Source: an uncultured Ignavibacteriales bacterium
GTDB taxonomy: Bacteria; Zixibacteria; MSB-5A5; GN15; FEB-12
Length of the DNA: 64,000 nt
Direction: 5' to 3'
Assembly: GCA_964371785.1 (NCBI GenBank)
Contig: CAYJOL010000002.1
Location: forward strand, 149,229 to 213,228
Shown here piece by piece: positions 48,639 through 57,864 of the stretch (the first letter of the stretch is position 1; every line of letters starts with the position of its first letter). The notes under the pieces were generated by a model. That model made no database searches and was not told the origin of the DNA. It saw only the letters and a program-made list of their open reading frames with translations. Made by a program: the position numbers and the translations under genes.

Positions 48639-50030
48639 CTATTCAGGAGTGTCTGTAATGTCGTGGGGACCCTGGTCCAGATCACAAATGAAATACCGAA
48701 TCTTGCCCGATTCCTCCCGGGGAAGTTCATTGACCGATTCGATAGTAATCTCGATCTGGGGAGAAATCAGCCGATGCATTACACTTCGAATGTGTGCCCT
48801 GATTTCATCGGTGACCGGTGGGTCATTGGTGACCAGAAGATGGAAGTGAGTAAGCGATTTCTGTCGGTACTGGATCTGGCCGAGAACGGGGCCGGTTTCG
48901 GCAATTGTTGCTGACAAGGCAAGCGCCGAGTGCTTTGTTCCGTCGGGCGCCACATACCGATCGAGCATTCGACCGACACCGGCGCTCATCAGGGAAAGAC
49001 TGCGGCCGCACGAACAGGTTTCGGTCATTCGGCAACCATAATCTTCGACCGCATATCTTATCAAGGGGAAGCCATAATTGGTGAGATCGGTAATCAGGAT
49101 TTCACCTTCTGTTTCATCCGGCACCGGGACATTACTGTGAACGAACTCGACGAACGATGTCTCCATGGAAATGTGCAATCCTCGGCGACGGCCACATTCA
49201 CAAGCGGTGTTCCCAACTTCGCGCGAACCATACATATTGTAGGTTGGGGCCCCAAAGAGCCGCAGGAACTTCTCCTTGTGATAGGCGTGCAGGGTCTCGC
49301 CAGTGGACATCACCGCTTTTACTTGTGGTGGCTGGTATCTATGGGCATCGATAAACTCGGCAAATCGGTCGAGGGCATTGGGAAACACCTTGAGGTACTC
49401 GGGCCCGAAAGCAGTCGCTTTCCGATAGAACTGCTCCAACGTCTCTTCCGAAGCCGCGCCGGCATACAGCATAATTTCGCGGGTCAAATATCTGTTTTTG
49501 AAACGGGCGCGTGATGATTCATTCGGGTCCAGATCAATATGCACGGGCCAGACAAAGCACATCTTGTCGCATGGTCGGCGGCCGATGTACCCCTCGAAGC
49601 GCCAGGCCGCGCCCATTTTGATGTTGTGGCTCTCCTGGTCGCGAAAGAGGGCCATCCGGCGGCGCGTTGTACCACCGGTGGCAAACTCGATCAGCTCAGA
49701 ACGCTGAAATTGGGTGGAGAACAGCTCCTGCTGGTGATTTCGAATCAGGTCACGGGTGAGAGTCGGGAGTTTGCGAAGGTCATCGAAATCCTTGAATGAA
49801 TTCGGTGTTAGTCCCCGCTCGTCAAAGACGCGGCGGTAGTATGGGACAGTATTAAAGGCATGCGTCAGCAGCGAATTTAACTTTTGCCATTGATATTCCT
49901 GAAGTTGCCGGAGAGGCCAATATTGGCTTCTTTCGAAGAAGCGCCAGTGCTTGAGCGCCGAACCGCGGTGATCTCGTCGAAGCACCAGTGGTAATGCCAA
50001 ATGACGAAGAGCAAGTGACGAAAGTCCCAT
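48639..50030 (-). CDS. phenylacetate-CoA ligase-like adenylate-forming enzyme (CapK / F390 synthetase family)
   Basis: ATGGTTRRRMALF AMP-binding motif and the PaaK-like C-terminal domain. Confidence 0.55.
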   Translation of the reverse strand: MGLSSLALRHLALPLVLRRDHRGSALKHWRFFERSQYWPLRQLQEYQWQKLNSLLTHAFNTVPYYRRVFDERGLTPNSFKDFDDLRKLPTLTRDLIRNHQQELFSTQFQRSELIEFATGGTTRRRMALFRDQESHNIKMGAAWRFEGYIGRRPCDKMCFVWPVHIDLDPNESSRARFKNRYLTREIMLYAGAASEETLEQFYRKATAFGPEYLKVFPNALDRFAEFIDAHRYQPPQVKAVMSTGETLHAYHKEKFLRLFGAPTYNMYGSREVGNTACECGRRRGLHISMETSFVEFVHSNVPVPDETEGEILITDLTNYGFPLIRYAVEDYGCRMTETCSCGRSLSLMSAGVGRMLDRYVAPDGTKHSALALSATIAETGPVLGQIQYRQKSLTHFHLLVTNDPPVTDEIRAHIRSVMHRLISPQIEITIESVNELPREESGKIRYFICDLDQGPHDITDTPE

Positions 50031-50219
50031 CTACTGACCTTACCTGCTTGTTCTGGCAACCTCGCTTATCTGACTGTTCACCTTCAAGGGTGAACGCCAC
50101 AAACCATCGCCAGGGCCTGGTTCGAACTGTCTTCAGCCAAAATAGTGATTAATAGCTACAATCGCCATAAAACATAACCGGCTGACGGCGGACGGTCGGC
50201 GTCCACAGGATATTAGCCC

Positions 50220-50247
50220 TTGACAATGCAGATATATTTAGTATATT
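50220..50247 (+). promoter_or_regulatory. sigma-70-type promoter TTGACA-16-TATATT for the tyrosine-operon leader
   Basis: TTGACA at 50220-50225 and TATATT at 50242-50247 with a 16-nt spacer, about 25 nt upstream of the leader ATG. Confidence 0.55.
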
Positions 50248-50271
50248 TTCACATAGTTAGGCAATCAAACT

Positions 50272-50397
50272 ATGATCACAAGTCAGACCGATATACGTCG
50301 CCTTGACGACCATCTACGTTCGATGGTCAGTTACCAGTACTATTATTACGCCCGCTACACCGGTAGTGGGTGCGGCATGGTCGTGACGACACCATAA
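50272..50397 (+). CDS. Tyr-rich leader peptide (41 aa: MITSQTDIRRLDDHLRSMVSYQYYYYARYTGSGCGMVVTTP)
   Basis: Small ORF between the promoter and the terminator. Six Tyr in nine consecutive codons (UAC CAG UAC UAU UAU UAC GCC CGC UAC). Located 130 nt upstream of aroH-tyrA. Confidence 0.55.
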   Translation: MITSQTDIRRLDDHLRSMVSYQYYYYARYTGSGCGMVVTTP

Positions 50398-50419
50398 AGC
50401 AAGAGTCCATCGGATTTAC

Positions 50420-50458
50420 AGCCCACTATCGGATGATGATAGTGGGCTTTTTTGTTGT
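50420..50458 (+). terminator. intrinsic terminator / attenuator in the 5' leader of the tyrosine operon
   Basis: AGCCCACTATC-ggatgat-GATAGTGGGCT followed by TTTTTTGTTG, 69 nt upstream of the aroH start. An alternative pairing partner, GGTAGTGGG, sits at 50361-50369. Confidence 0.7.
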
Positions 50459-50526
50459 CGGAATTCGGCGGGCGGACCGCCAGACAGAAATCGAAAGCAG
50501 GAACATTTCACAGAGAGGAATAAATC

Positions 50527-50904
50527 ATGAGCAAAGTACGCGGGATCCGAGGCGCCATCAAAATCGAAGAAAACACCAGGGATGCCATCCTGAGTGGGAC
50601 GCGCGAGCTGGTGCTTGCTATGACCGAAGCCAACCATTTTGATCTGGACGATATCGCCGCCGCCTATTTTACGGTTACGGCTGATCTCGATCGTGAATTC
50701 CCCGCCCTGGCGGCGCGGCAGCTCGGCTGGCTGACGGTTCCGATGCTGTGTGCGAGGGAGATCGACGTTCCAGGTTCAATGAAGTCCGTCCTTCGCATTC
50801 TTGTATTGGTAAACACAGAGACTTCGCAAAAAGAAATGGTTCATCAGTTTCTTGGTGAAGCTGCCGGCCTTCGACCTGACCTTCACAACGGAGGCGCTGC
50901 ATGA
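50527..50904 (+). CDS. aroH: chorismate mutase, AroH class (monofunctional)
   Basis: VRGIRGAIKIEENTRDAIL ... is the AroH-type signature; ~125 aa. Confidence 0.75.
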   Translation: MSKVRGIRGAIKIEENTRDAILSGTRELVLAMTEANHFDLDDIAAAYFTVTADLDREFPALAARQLGWLTVPMLCAREIDVPGSMKSVLRILVLVNTETSQKEMVHQFLGEAAGLRPDLHNGGAA

Positions 50905-51794
50905 AGCGTCTTAAGGACATGGTGGTAACGGTAATCGGTCTTGGGCAAATCGGCGGGTCGATCGCCCTCCGGCTGAAACAAAATCGCGCAGCACGGGTGG
51001 TTATCGGTTGTGACAAACGGGCTGCGACCATGGCAAAAGCGATGCGAACCGGCGTTGTCGATGAAACGGTGAATTCTATTACCCGAGCAGTCGCCCGGGC
51101 TGATTTGGTTATCGTAGCCACGCCTATACGAGAGGTCATCAGACTGCTTCCATCGGTCGCAGCGCATATAAGGCCAGAGGCCGTTTGTATCGATGTCGCG
51201 AGCACCAAGACTGACATCGTCAGGATCGCGGAAAGCTTCCCGTGTTTGAACTTTGTGGGCGGACATCCTCTCGCCGGCAGCGAGCAGGAAGGCCTTGAAG
51301 GCGCCACCTTTGAGAAATTCGAGCTTAAGACGTTTGTACTATCCGCGACCTCAAACACCACCCTGAGCGCGACCAGGCTGGCCGGTGAACTGGTCAGGGC
51401 GCTCGGGGCCAAACCTATTCTTATGAGCGCCGAGGACCATGACAGCTGTATAGCTCTCACCAGTGCGGTTCCGCACGCGATAGCGCTGGCCCTCATTCAT
51501 CTTGCTGCCGCACAGTCAGCAACCAAGCACGATATCGAAAAGCTGATCGGCGGAAGCTTCCTTGGCGCTACGCGCGTCGCCCAATCCCCCGTCCACCTGG
51601 TCTCTGATCTCCTGTTGACGAATCGTAAGCCGGCCACCGAGGCCCTGAGACAATTTATCGCCGAGCTTCAAAATCTTAAGAAGCTCTTGAACTCAAGTGA
51701 CAAAGCAGATCTCCGCAACTACATCGCAACGGCCCATAAGACCTCCATGAAACTTCATACTGGTTCGAAACGACGGGAAAGGAGCGGGTCATGA
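50901..51794 (+). CDS. tyrA: prephenate (arogenate) dehydrogenase
   Basis: N-terminal Rossmann VIGLGQIGGSIALRL, the PDH domain, and conserved HPLAGSE. Confidence 0.8.
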   Translation: MKRLKDMVVTVIGLGQIGGSIALRLKQNRAARVVIGCDKRAATMAKAMRTGVVDETVNSITRAVARADLVIVATPIREVIRLLPSVAAHIRPEAVCIDVASTKTDIVRIAESFPCLNFVGGHPLAGSEQEGLEGATFEKFELKTFVLSATSNTTLSATRLAGELVRALGAKPILMSAEDHDSCIALTSAVPHAIALALIHLAAAQSATKHDIEKLIGGSFLGATRVAQSPVHLVSDLLLTNRKPATEALRQFIAELQNLKKLLNSSDKADLRNYIATAHKTSMKLHTGSKRRERSGS

Positions 51795-52915
51795 AGCCCT
51801 CCCAGCGAGTAACGAATCTCGAATTAAGTCCTATCCGTCGGTTCTCCGAGGGTGCGCCAGCGGATGCCATCCCGCTGGCGATCGGTCAGCCAACATGGGA
51901 TCTTCCGGTCGAAGGACAGGAAGCTTTGAGGCGATTCGCCGGAGTGTGTAGTTATGGACCGGGATCCGGCAGTCGGGAGCTTCGTGAAGAACTCGCCGCA
52001 ATGTACCATGCTACATACGATGAGGTCATGATTTCGTCCGGCTCGCAAGGATCTTTGTTTTCGCTCCTTCAGTCATTCGTAAATCCGGGTGAGCGTGTGT
52101 TAATTCCTGATCCGGGTTTCGTGACGTACAGAAACCTTGTGCTCTACTGTGAGGGAATTCCCTGCACATACCCGCTGTCCGCCGCAAATCACTATCGCTT
52201 GAACAAAGAATCAATATTCGAGGCTCTTGACCGGACGAATGCCCGCGTTGTTATTATCAATCACCCGGCAAATCCTACCGGTGGCGGAATGGTATCAGAT
52301 GAGCTCGTGGCAATTGCTGACGAGTGCTTTCGGCGCGATGTCCTTTTGATTTCCGATGAGGTGTACCGCGAGTTGTATCTGGGGGTCCGGCCACCGAGCC
52401 TTCGCGATGTCACTCGGTCCGGGGTGGTGGTAAGCTCGGTTAGCAAAGCATGGGGAGCGCCCGGCCTTCGGGTCGGATGGGCGATCGGCAGTCCCCGCTG
52501 GCTCGAACCCGCCCGTTTGGTGCATGCCTACACTGTCACAAGCGCATCATCTATTTCCCAGCTTGCAGCGACAGCCCTCATAAGGTCATCCGAGTCTATT
52601 CATGTCGCCGCCCGCGAGCAGGTCAAGATCCGATGGACTTCGTTGGCTGCGGCTTTGGACAAGCATCTGCAGATGAAGGCGAGTCCACCCGACGGGGCCT
52701 TCTACTACTGGTTGCCGATCCCCCGGAGTGCGCAGACAGACCCGATGGCCTTCTGTTTTCGTATACGTGATGAAGCCAGGGTGTTGTTAGTCCCCGGCGA
52801 AGCGTTTGGAGCAGGTGGGCGTACCTACGTCAGATTAAGTTATGCCGCGACGCCGGAGCAGATAACTGAGGGAGTGCGTCGAATAGTTCCGTATTGGATG
52901 ACCGACCGGGCCTGA
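51791..52915 (+). CDS. class I/II PLP-dependent aminotransferase (aromatic/aspartate type)
   Basis: PLP-lysine context SVSKAWGAPGLRVGW, the NHPANPTG motif, and operon context with aroH-tyrA. Confidence 0.75.
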   Translation: MKPSQRVTNLELSPIRRFSEGAPADAIPLAIGQPTWDLPVEGQEALRRFAGVCSYGPGSGSRELREELAAMYHATYDEVMISSGSQGSLFSLLQSFVNPGERVLIPDPGFVTYRNLVLYCEGIPCTYPLSAANHYRLNKESIFEALDRTNARVVIINHPANPTGGGMVSDELVAIADECFRRDVLLISDEVYRELYLGVRPPSLRDVTRSGVVVSSVSKAWGAPGLRVGWAIGSPRWLEPARLVHAYTVTSASSISQLAATALIRSSESIHVAAREQVKIRWTSLAAALDKHLQMKASPPDGAFYYWLPIPRSAQTDPMAFCFRIRDEARVLLVPGEAFGAGGRTYVRLSYAATPEQITEGVRRIVPYWMTDRA

Positions 52916-53009
52916 ACTTGACCGGCTGGACGGACAGGTTCGATTGCTCAGTGACTATTTCTGTCACTCGAGTCTGGACACATTTATCTCTTCTCCGTCT
53001 CGGCGTCGC

Positions 53010-54227
53010 CTAGCGGCGACCGAAAATGATACTGTATGTGACCGATGTGACAGGCTGTTCTTTATCGTCGGTTCTTACGGTAACACTGCCGGATAAATTC
53101 TTTTTGGCCCGGAGCGTTGCGGGTGTTGGAAGCATGGTTATCTCGTATTTCTTGCCCGCAAGCGAAGTGTCCACGTGGAGCGCAAGTCTTCCGTCGGCAT
53201 CATTGACATCCAAAAGTTGAAGCTGAACTCCGTTTTCGGTGCCGACAACTGTAACAACTTGTTTGTCCGGCGTCATTTCACCTTTCGACGTATCCACAAA
53301 GTAACGCACAAATTCCGGCGAAATGTCGTAATAGCCGACCACCGAACCTCGAATCTGCAAAGCAGCTTGCGAGCTGGAGCGGTCGCCTGCGCGAACTGTG
53401 ATTGTCGCATTGATGCGGCCTACCGGCATGCTCGATGTCCCCGTGATTTCAACCGTCAGCCGTCTCTTATCTGCGGCTGGTGAGTCAAGTATCTTCGCGG
53501 TTATGTTCGCTGATGACGAATTGATCTTTATAGTGTTAAGCAGGGTCGGATCTTTAACGATCAAAGTCGCCGTTTTGGTGATTGATTGGCCCTTGCGAAT
53601 CTTCCCAAAATCGATGCTATACTCGTCGAAACCGAAGACTACCTCAATCGTGCCGGAGACATATAATAACGCACCTGAACTTCGAGGATCATTGGATTCA
53701 ACCGTAATCGACTTTCTCTGCTGGCCTTTCTTGTTGCCGCTGTCAAAGGTGACTTCAATCTTTCCTTCCCCACCCGGGGGAATGTCCGTGTCGGTAAGCA
53801 CGGCCGCGGTGCATCCTCACGAACCCTTGGCCTTAATCAGGCGCAATGGGGCATCACCAATATTCCTGACGACAAATGTATGTGACACTTTCGTCCCCTG
53901 AGCAATCGTACCGAAATTGAACTCTGTTTCCGGGAAACTAATTCGGGGCCCACCGGTGGTTGCAGTTGTGTCGATAGCCGCCGGATTTTCGACAGACTGC
54001 GTGGTAGCCCGGGAGTTCACCGCGGCTGACTCGGATATGCTTGAAGGTGAGTTGTGAAGAATCATCCACACCGCTACCACAGTCGCTATAACCACCAGTC
54101 CACCGAGCAACCAGGCGGTATAGCGCCCGGACTTGATGCGGCTTGCCCGGCCCGATAATACCTGCCCGTCCTTCTTCACTGCAGTCCTGGCGGCCGGCTT
54201 AGTATTCCGTTGTTTTCGTTTTCCCAT
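53010..54227 (-). CDS. membrane-anchored DUF1573-domain protein interrupted by an in-frame TGA (53817-53819) at the conserved Cys of the S-C-G-C-T motif (pseudogene, or Sec/readthrough candidate)
   Basis: ORFs 53817-54227 and 53010-53801 are in the same frame. Reading through gives ... APLRLIKAKGS[TGA]GCTRAVLTDTDIPPGGEGKIEVTF, which matches the DUF1573 consensus G-S-C-G-C-T ... PG..G.I.V.F. N-terminal signal-anchor. Confidence 0.55.
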
Positions 54228-54237
54228 ATCTGTCTCT

Positions 54238-54903
54238 TCAGTCCTCTAGACGACCATCAATCAGACGAAGTCGCGTATTTCCAAATCTTGCTGCTTCCAA
54301 GCTATGCGTAACCATGATGACTGTCCGACCTTCTCTCTCGTTCAGTTCCTTGAGAATTCGTAAGACCTCAAGGGACAGATTTGGATCAAGGTTTCCCGTC
54401 GGTTCATCGGCAAGTATTACGTCTGGACTGTTCGCCAGAGCGCGAGCAATCGCAACCCGCTGCTGTTGACCGACAGACAACTCGCGTGGCAGGTGCTCTT
54501 TGCGGTCTTTTAGTCCGACTTTCTCGAGCAACTGTTCAGCAGACGCTCGGACAGTCCCGTCCTGCTCCTTACTGAATATCATCGGCAACATGACATTTTC
54601 CAACGCAGTCAGATATGGTATCAAATTGAAAGTTTGCAGCACAAATCCAACTTTACGATTACGGTATTCTGCCATTTCTGGTTCGGACATCGCATAAACG
54701 GCTTTCCCGGAGAACGCAACAGTACCTGCCGACGGCCGAATAAGACCACCAAGTGTCAGCAGGAGAGTAGTCTTCCCCGACCCCGACTGTCCCGTAACGG
54801 CCACAAAGCTTCCTCGCTCAACGGTCAAGGAAATGTTATCCAGCGCCCGCACCGTACCATGTTGCGAATCGTAGACTTTGCTCAGATTCTCTATGGTAAA
54901 CAT
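54238..54903 (-). CDS. ABC transporter ATP-binding protein (LolD/MacB/FtsE-like)
   Basis: Walker A GQSGSGKTT, signature LSVGQQQRVAIARAL, Walker B ILADEPTGNLD. Confidence 0.85.
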   Translation of the reverse strand: MFTIENLSKVYDSQHGTVRALDNISLTVERGSFVAVTGQSGSGKTTLLLTLGGLIRPSAGTVAFSGKAVYAMSEPEMAEYRNRKVGFVLQTFNLIPYLTALENVMLPMIFSKEQDGTVRASAEQLLEKVGLKDRKEHLPRELSVGQQQRVAIARALANSPDVILADEPTGNLDPNLSLEVLRILKELNEREGRTVIMVTHSLEAARFGNTRLRLIDGRLED

Positions 54904-54906
54904 GGC

Positions 54907-56127
54907 TCATGTCTCCTGCATGATAACTGCCGGATCAAACCGCGCCGCCCGGTAGACCGGAATGATGCTGCCCAGTAAGGCTATCAACACTGCCACCACT
55001 ACCGCAAACAGCAGATAGAGCGGCATTGGTGATACTTGAAGCCCGGCAAGTTGCGGTCCAAGGATCATGGCCGATCCGGTTCCAACGATGAAACCGCCAA
55101 TGCCGCCAACTACACCCAGGAACACTGCTTTTGACAAAAAGAGGCGGTAGATCGCTGAACGCTTCGTGCCAATGGTGATCAGAATGCCGATCTCCCGACG
55201 GCGCTCTTCGACATTCGCCCACATGTAGTTGCCAATTGTAATGGCACCTACTATGATGATGATCACCAGAAAGACCATGGATATCTTGCTCATGAGCTGA
55301 TTGGTCCGGATCTGCGTGCTGACAATCTGATTGATCGTCGTGATCCGCGTATCCGGCAAAATATTGCGGAGCTTGCCGAGGAGTCCATCCGAGATGGCCG
55401 AACAGCATCCCATGATCTCGATTGCGCTGACCTGCTGGCCAGTCCCCAAAAGCTGCTGAACCACGTGCAGGTGGGCATACACTCGACTGTCGTCAATGGT
55501 GCCGGTCTCCGGAATGACGCGGGCAACAGCAAAGGTCGATCCCTCTATTGTCACGGTCTGACCCTCGCGCAGGCTCAACCGCTGCGCAGCGCTGCTGCCG
55601 ACTAACACATCTGTGGTCGCTAGTGAGTCAACCGCCTTGCGTTGCAGCCTTTCGTCCTGATATCCAAAGGATTGATTAGCAGTGTTGCCAGGATCACACG
55701 CCGCGTTGAGGCCCGTTCCGACCAGTCCCGCTGTTTGCCAGATTGGTTTCGAGGCCAGCTCGTTAGCAGGTAGAATACCGGTGAGGATAATTGGCACATC
55801 GCCAACTTTCACCCGCCGGGTTAGCTTTGGGGAAAGGTTGTCAACCCCCGGCAACATCGATGTGGCCAGCCGTTCGACATAGTCTTCTGAAAACGTCGGG
55901 GCATCGACATCAGCCGAGTAGTAGTCATCGACCGACGCGGCCTGCGGTAGAATCAGGATATTCGCGCCCAGATTGTCGAGACTGACCTTGACAGCTTTCT
56001 CGGACACAGCAGAAACTGATTGAATTCCTACGATGACCGCGATGCCGAGCGTTATCCCTAGCAGAGCTGACACAAGTTGCGACTTCCGCAGCCACAACTC
56101 GCGCCAGAGTATAGTCTGAAGCTTCAT
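54907..56127 (-). CDS. FtsX-like ABC transporter permease (LolE/MacB-type)
   Basis: N-terminal TM helix, a large periplasmic domain, and three C-terminal TM helices (FtsX fold). Confidence 0.75.
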   Translation of the reverse strand: MKLQTILWRELWLRKSQLVSALLGITLGIAVIVGIQSVSAVSEKAVKVSLDNLGANILILPQAASVDDYYSADVDAPTFSEDYVERLATSMLPGVDNLSPKLTRRVKVGDVPIILTGILPANELASKPIWQTAGLVGTGLNAACDPGNTANQSFGYQDERLQRKAVDSLATTDVLVGSSAAQRLSLREGQTVTIEGSTFAVARVIPETGTIDDSRVYAHLHVVQQLLGTGQQVSAIEIMGCCSAISDGLLGKLRNILPDTRITTINQIVSTQIRTNQLMSKISMVFLVIIIIVGAITIGNYMWANVEERRREIGILITIGTKRSAIYRLFLSKAVFLGVVGGIGGFIVGTGSAMILGPQLAGLQVSPMPLYLLFAVVVAVLIALLGSIIPVYRAARFDPAVIMQET

Positions 56128-56138
56128 AACACGTGCTC

Positions 56139-56900
56139 TTACTTCTTTGGTGCGCAGGAAGCGTCAGGCTTCGCAACGGTAGAGGGACAGCAGCCGCCCA
56201 CTTTCTTGGTCGCGGTAGTAACGAGATCGGTAACTTGCATAGCTCCGGTATACATTCCGGCGATTTGACCCTGAGCATTGGCCACTAGCGTCACTGGTTC
56301 ATTCGACTGCAGATTCACTTTCATTTCCGTCAAGAAACCCGCTTCGACTGGGTCATCCATGTCGACAGTAACTTGCACCGATTTGCCGGCCATCTGCTGG
56401 CAAGCGGCGGCACAGGCACTATTGACGGACGCGGTCGAGACCATGCTCTTGCGACTGGCGGTGATGAATACAGCGTTCCCTTCAGAAAGAGCCTTAATGA
56501 CCTGCGCTTTCTTGGGAGATGGTACAAGCTTCACCAACTGATCAACCGTGGCCTGAGCAGCCACAACACCGCCGACAATGACGCCCGAGGACGAGCTCAC
56601 CAGTATGAGTGGCACCGGAGCGGTGGTCAGACCGTACTTTTTGATGAAGTCCACTTCAGCGGCGTCACCGCGATTGACTTCGATTAGTATCGAGCCGGGG
56701 ATCCGATCGACTGCCTGGACGGTCAGCTGGCGCGCTTGGTCAAGCTGCATCGCCCCGGCATCATAAACAAGAATTAAGGCGACTTTCCCGTTCTCCGCCG
56801 CCGTCTCCAGTTGTTGTTGTGCCACACCAAAGGCCGCTACCGCCATAAGCAGCACAGCAACGGTCAGGATGCTGATTTTCTTGAACATCTGGTCCTCCAT
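56139..56900 (-). CDS. secreted hypothetical protein, possibly tandem thioredoxin-fold-like, with Cys-rich C-terminal tail
   Basis: Signal peptide, two similar alpha/beta halves, and tail GGCCPSTVAKPDASCAPKK. No CxxC motif. Confidence 0.35.
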   Translation of the reverse strand: MEDQMFKKISILTVAVLLMAVAAFGVAQQQLETAAENGKVALILVYDAGAMQLDQARQLTVQAVDRIPGSILIEVNRGDAAEVDFIKKYGLTTAPVPLILVSSSSGVIVGGVVAAQATVDQLVKLVPSPKKAQVIKALSEGNAVFITASRKSMVSTASVNSACAAACQQMAGKSVQVTVDMDDPVEAGFLTEMKVNLQSNEPVTLVANAQGQIAGMYTGAMQVTDLVTTATKKVGGCCPSTVAKPDASCAPKK

Positions 56901-57059
56901 TCTGTGGTTACCATCTTATCGTGGACTCATATAGTCGATTATGTTGTCCATTTTATGAGCAGGCATCGCTCCTGCGGCCACCAAGTTCTTATACACTTTC
57001 CTATATTACTGGTCGAACCAAACACGCGCTATCGTTGGGTAATACATCCATTCGCCACG

Positions 57060-57530
57060 CTATCTAGCCATGATGCCACTTGACTCCAACCAGTCTTTTA
57101 CTTTTGAGCCTATTTCATCTCGTATGCGCCGGAAGACCGCCAGCACCTCTTCTTCGGTCCCTTTCGATTCCGCAGGATCTTCAAATGGCCAGTGCAGTTT
57201 ATTCCCCGTTCCGGGAAATACCGGACAGTTTGCGGCCGCGTTGTCGCAGACAGTAATGACATAGTCGAATGTCTGTCCAAGGTATTCGGACAAATGGTCC
57301 GAGGTGTGATTCGATATATCGATGCCAACTTCGCGCATGACCTGAATTGCGCGCGGATTCACTCCTTTTGGTTCAAGACCCGCCGAGGACACCTTTACCC
57401 TCTTACCTCCGTATTGCCGAAAGAACCCTTCGGCCATCTGCGATCGACAGGAGTTACCGGTACATATCATCAGAACGTGAAGTTGTTTCATTCGATTTGC
57501 CGTTGTGTAGAGTCTCCGGTCGAGCATCAT
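57060..57530 (-). CDS. arsC: arsenate reductase, LMW-PTP family (thioredoxin-coupled ArsC)
   Basis: CTGNSCRSQMAEG P-loop; Cys82 and Cys89 (CDNAAANCP). Confidence 0.85.
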   Translation of the reverse strand: MMLDRRLYTTANRMKQLHVLMICTGNSCRSQMAEGFFRQYGGKRVKVSSAGLEPKGVNPRAIQVMREVGIDISNHTSDHLSEYLGQTFDYVITVCDNAAANCPVFPGTGNKLHWPFEDPAESKGTEEEVLAVFRRIRDEIGSKVKDWLESSGIMAR

Positions 57531-57814
57531 TATTTATCCGCCGCGCAGCGCCCCGAGGCAACCAGGCTGTTCAGGCGTTCACGGTCTTGTGAGAACGGAT
57601 CGGTCTGGACGAGATGTTCACGAAGAAATACGCGCAGGTCGTTCATTACCGCGGTTCCCGAAAGGCGATAGTGCACCCACTTGCCGTCGCGGCGGTCCAG
57701 CACCAATCCGGCTGATTTCAATTTATTCAGATGCCGCGACACCGTCGATTGCGGCAAGCGGAGCGCCTCGAAAATGTCGCAGACACACAGTTCACGTTCC
57801 AGCAGGAGAATCAC
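57530..57814 (-). CDS. arsR: ArsR family arsenic-responsive repressor
   Basis: ELCVCDIFEAL As(III)-binding motif and HTH. Confidence 0.85.
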   Translation of the reverse strand: MILLLERELCVCDIFEALRLPQSTVSRHLNKLKSAGLVLDRRDGKWVHYRLSGTAVMNDLRVFLREHLVQTDPFSQDRERLNSLVASGRCAADK

Positions 57815-57864
57815 GATTCTCAGGCGAGTTGGATCTCCCAGGCCTTTGAAAATCTCGTGTGCTT

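Noticed and set aside
50675-51496. 273-aa minus-strand ORF overlapping tyrA
   Set aside because: Antisense shadow ORF with low-complexity Ala/Ser/Arg-rich translation. The tyrA frame has clear Rossmann and PDH motifs.
52940-53020. Hairpins GTGAC-tatttct-GTCAC and GTCGCC-tagc-GGCGAC as terminators between the aminotransferase and DUF1573 genes
   Set aside because: The second overlaps the DUF1573 stop codon and neither has a U-tract. Not convincing as intrinsic terminators.
53770-53816. SECIS element downstream of the in-frame UGA
   Set aside because: Only a 4-bp GC stem starting 4 nt after UGA. It does not match bacterial SECIS spacing or loop features. Kept only as a weak note within the TGA finding.
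53801-53817. Treating 53817-54227 and 53010-53801 as two independent genes
   Set aside because: Same reading frame, and a single DUF1573 domain alignment spans the stop. A second gene would have to start with GTG in the middle of a conserved domain.
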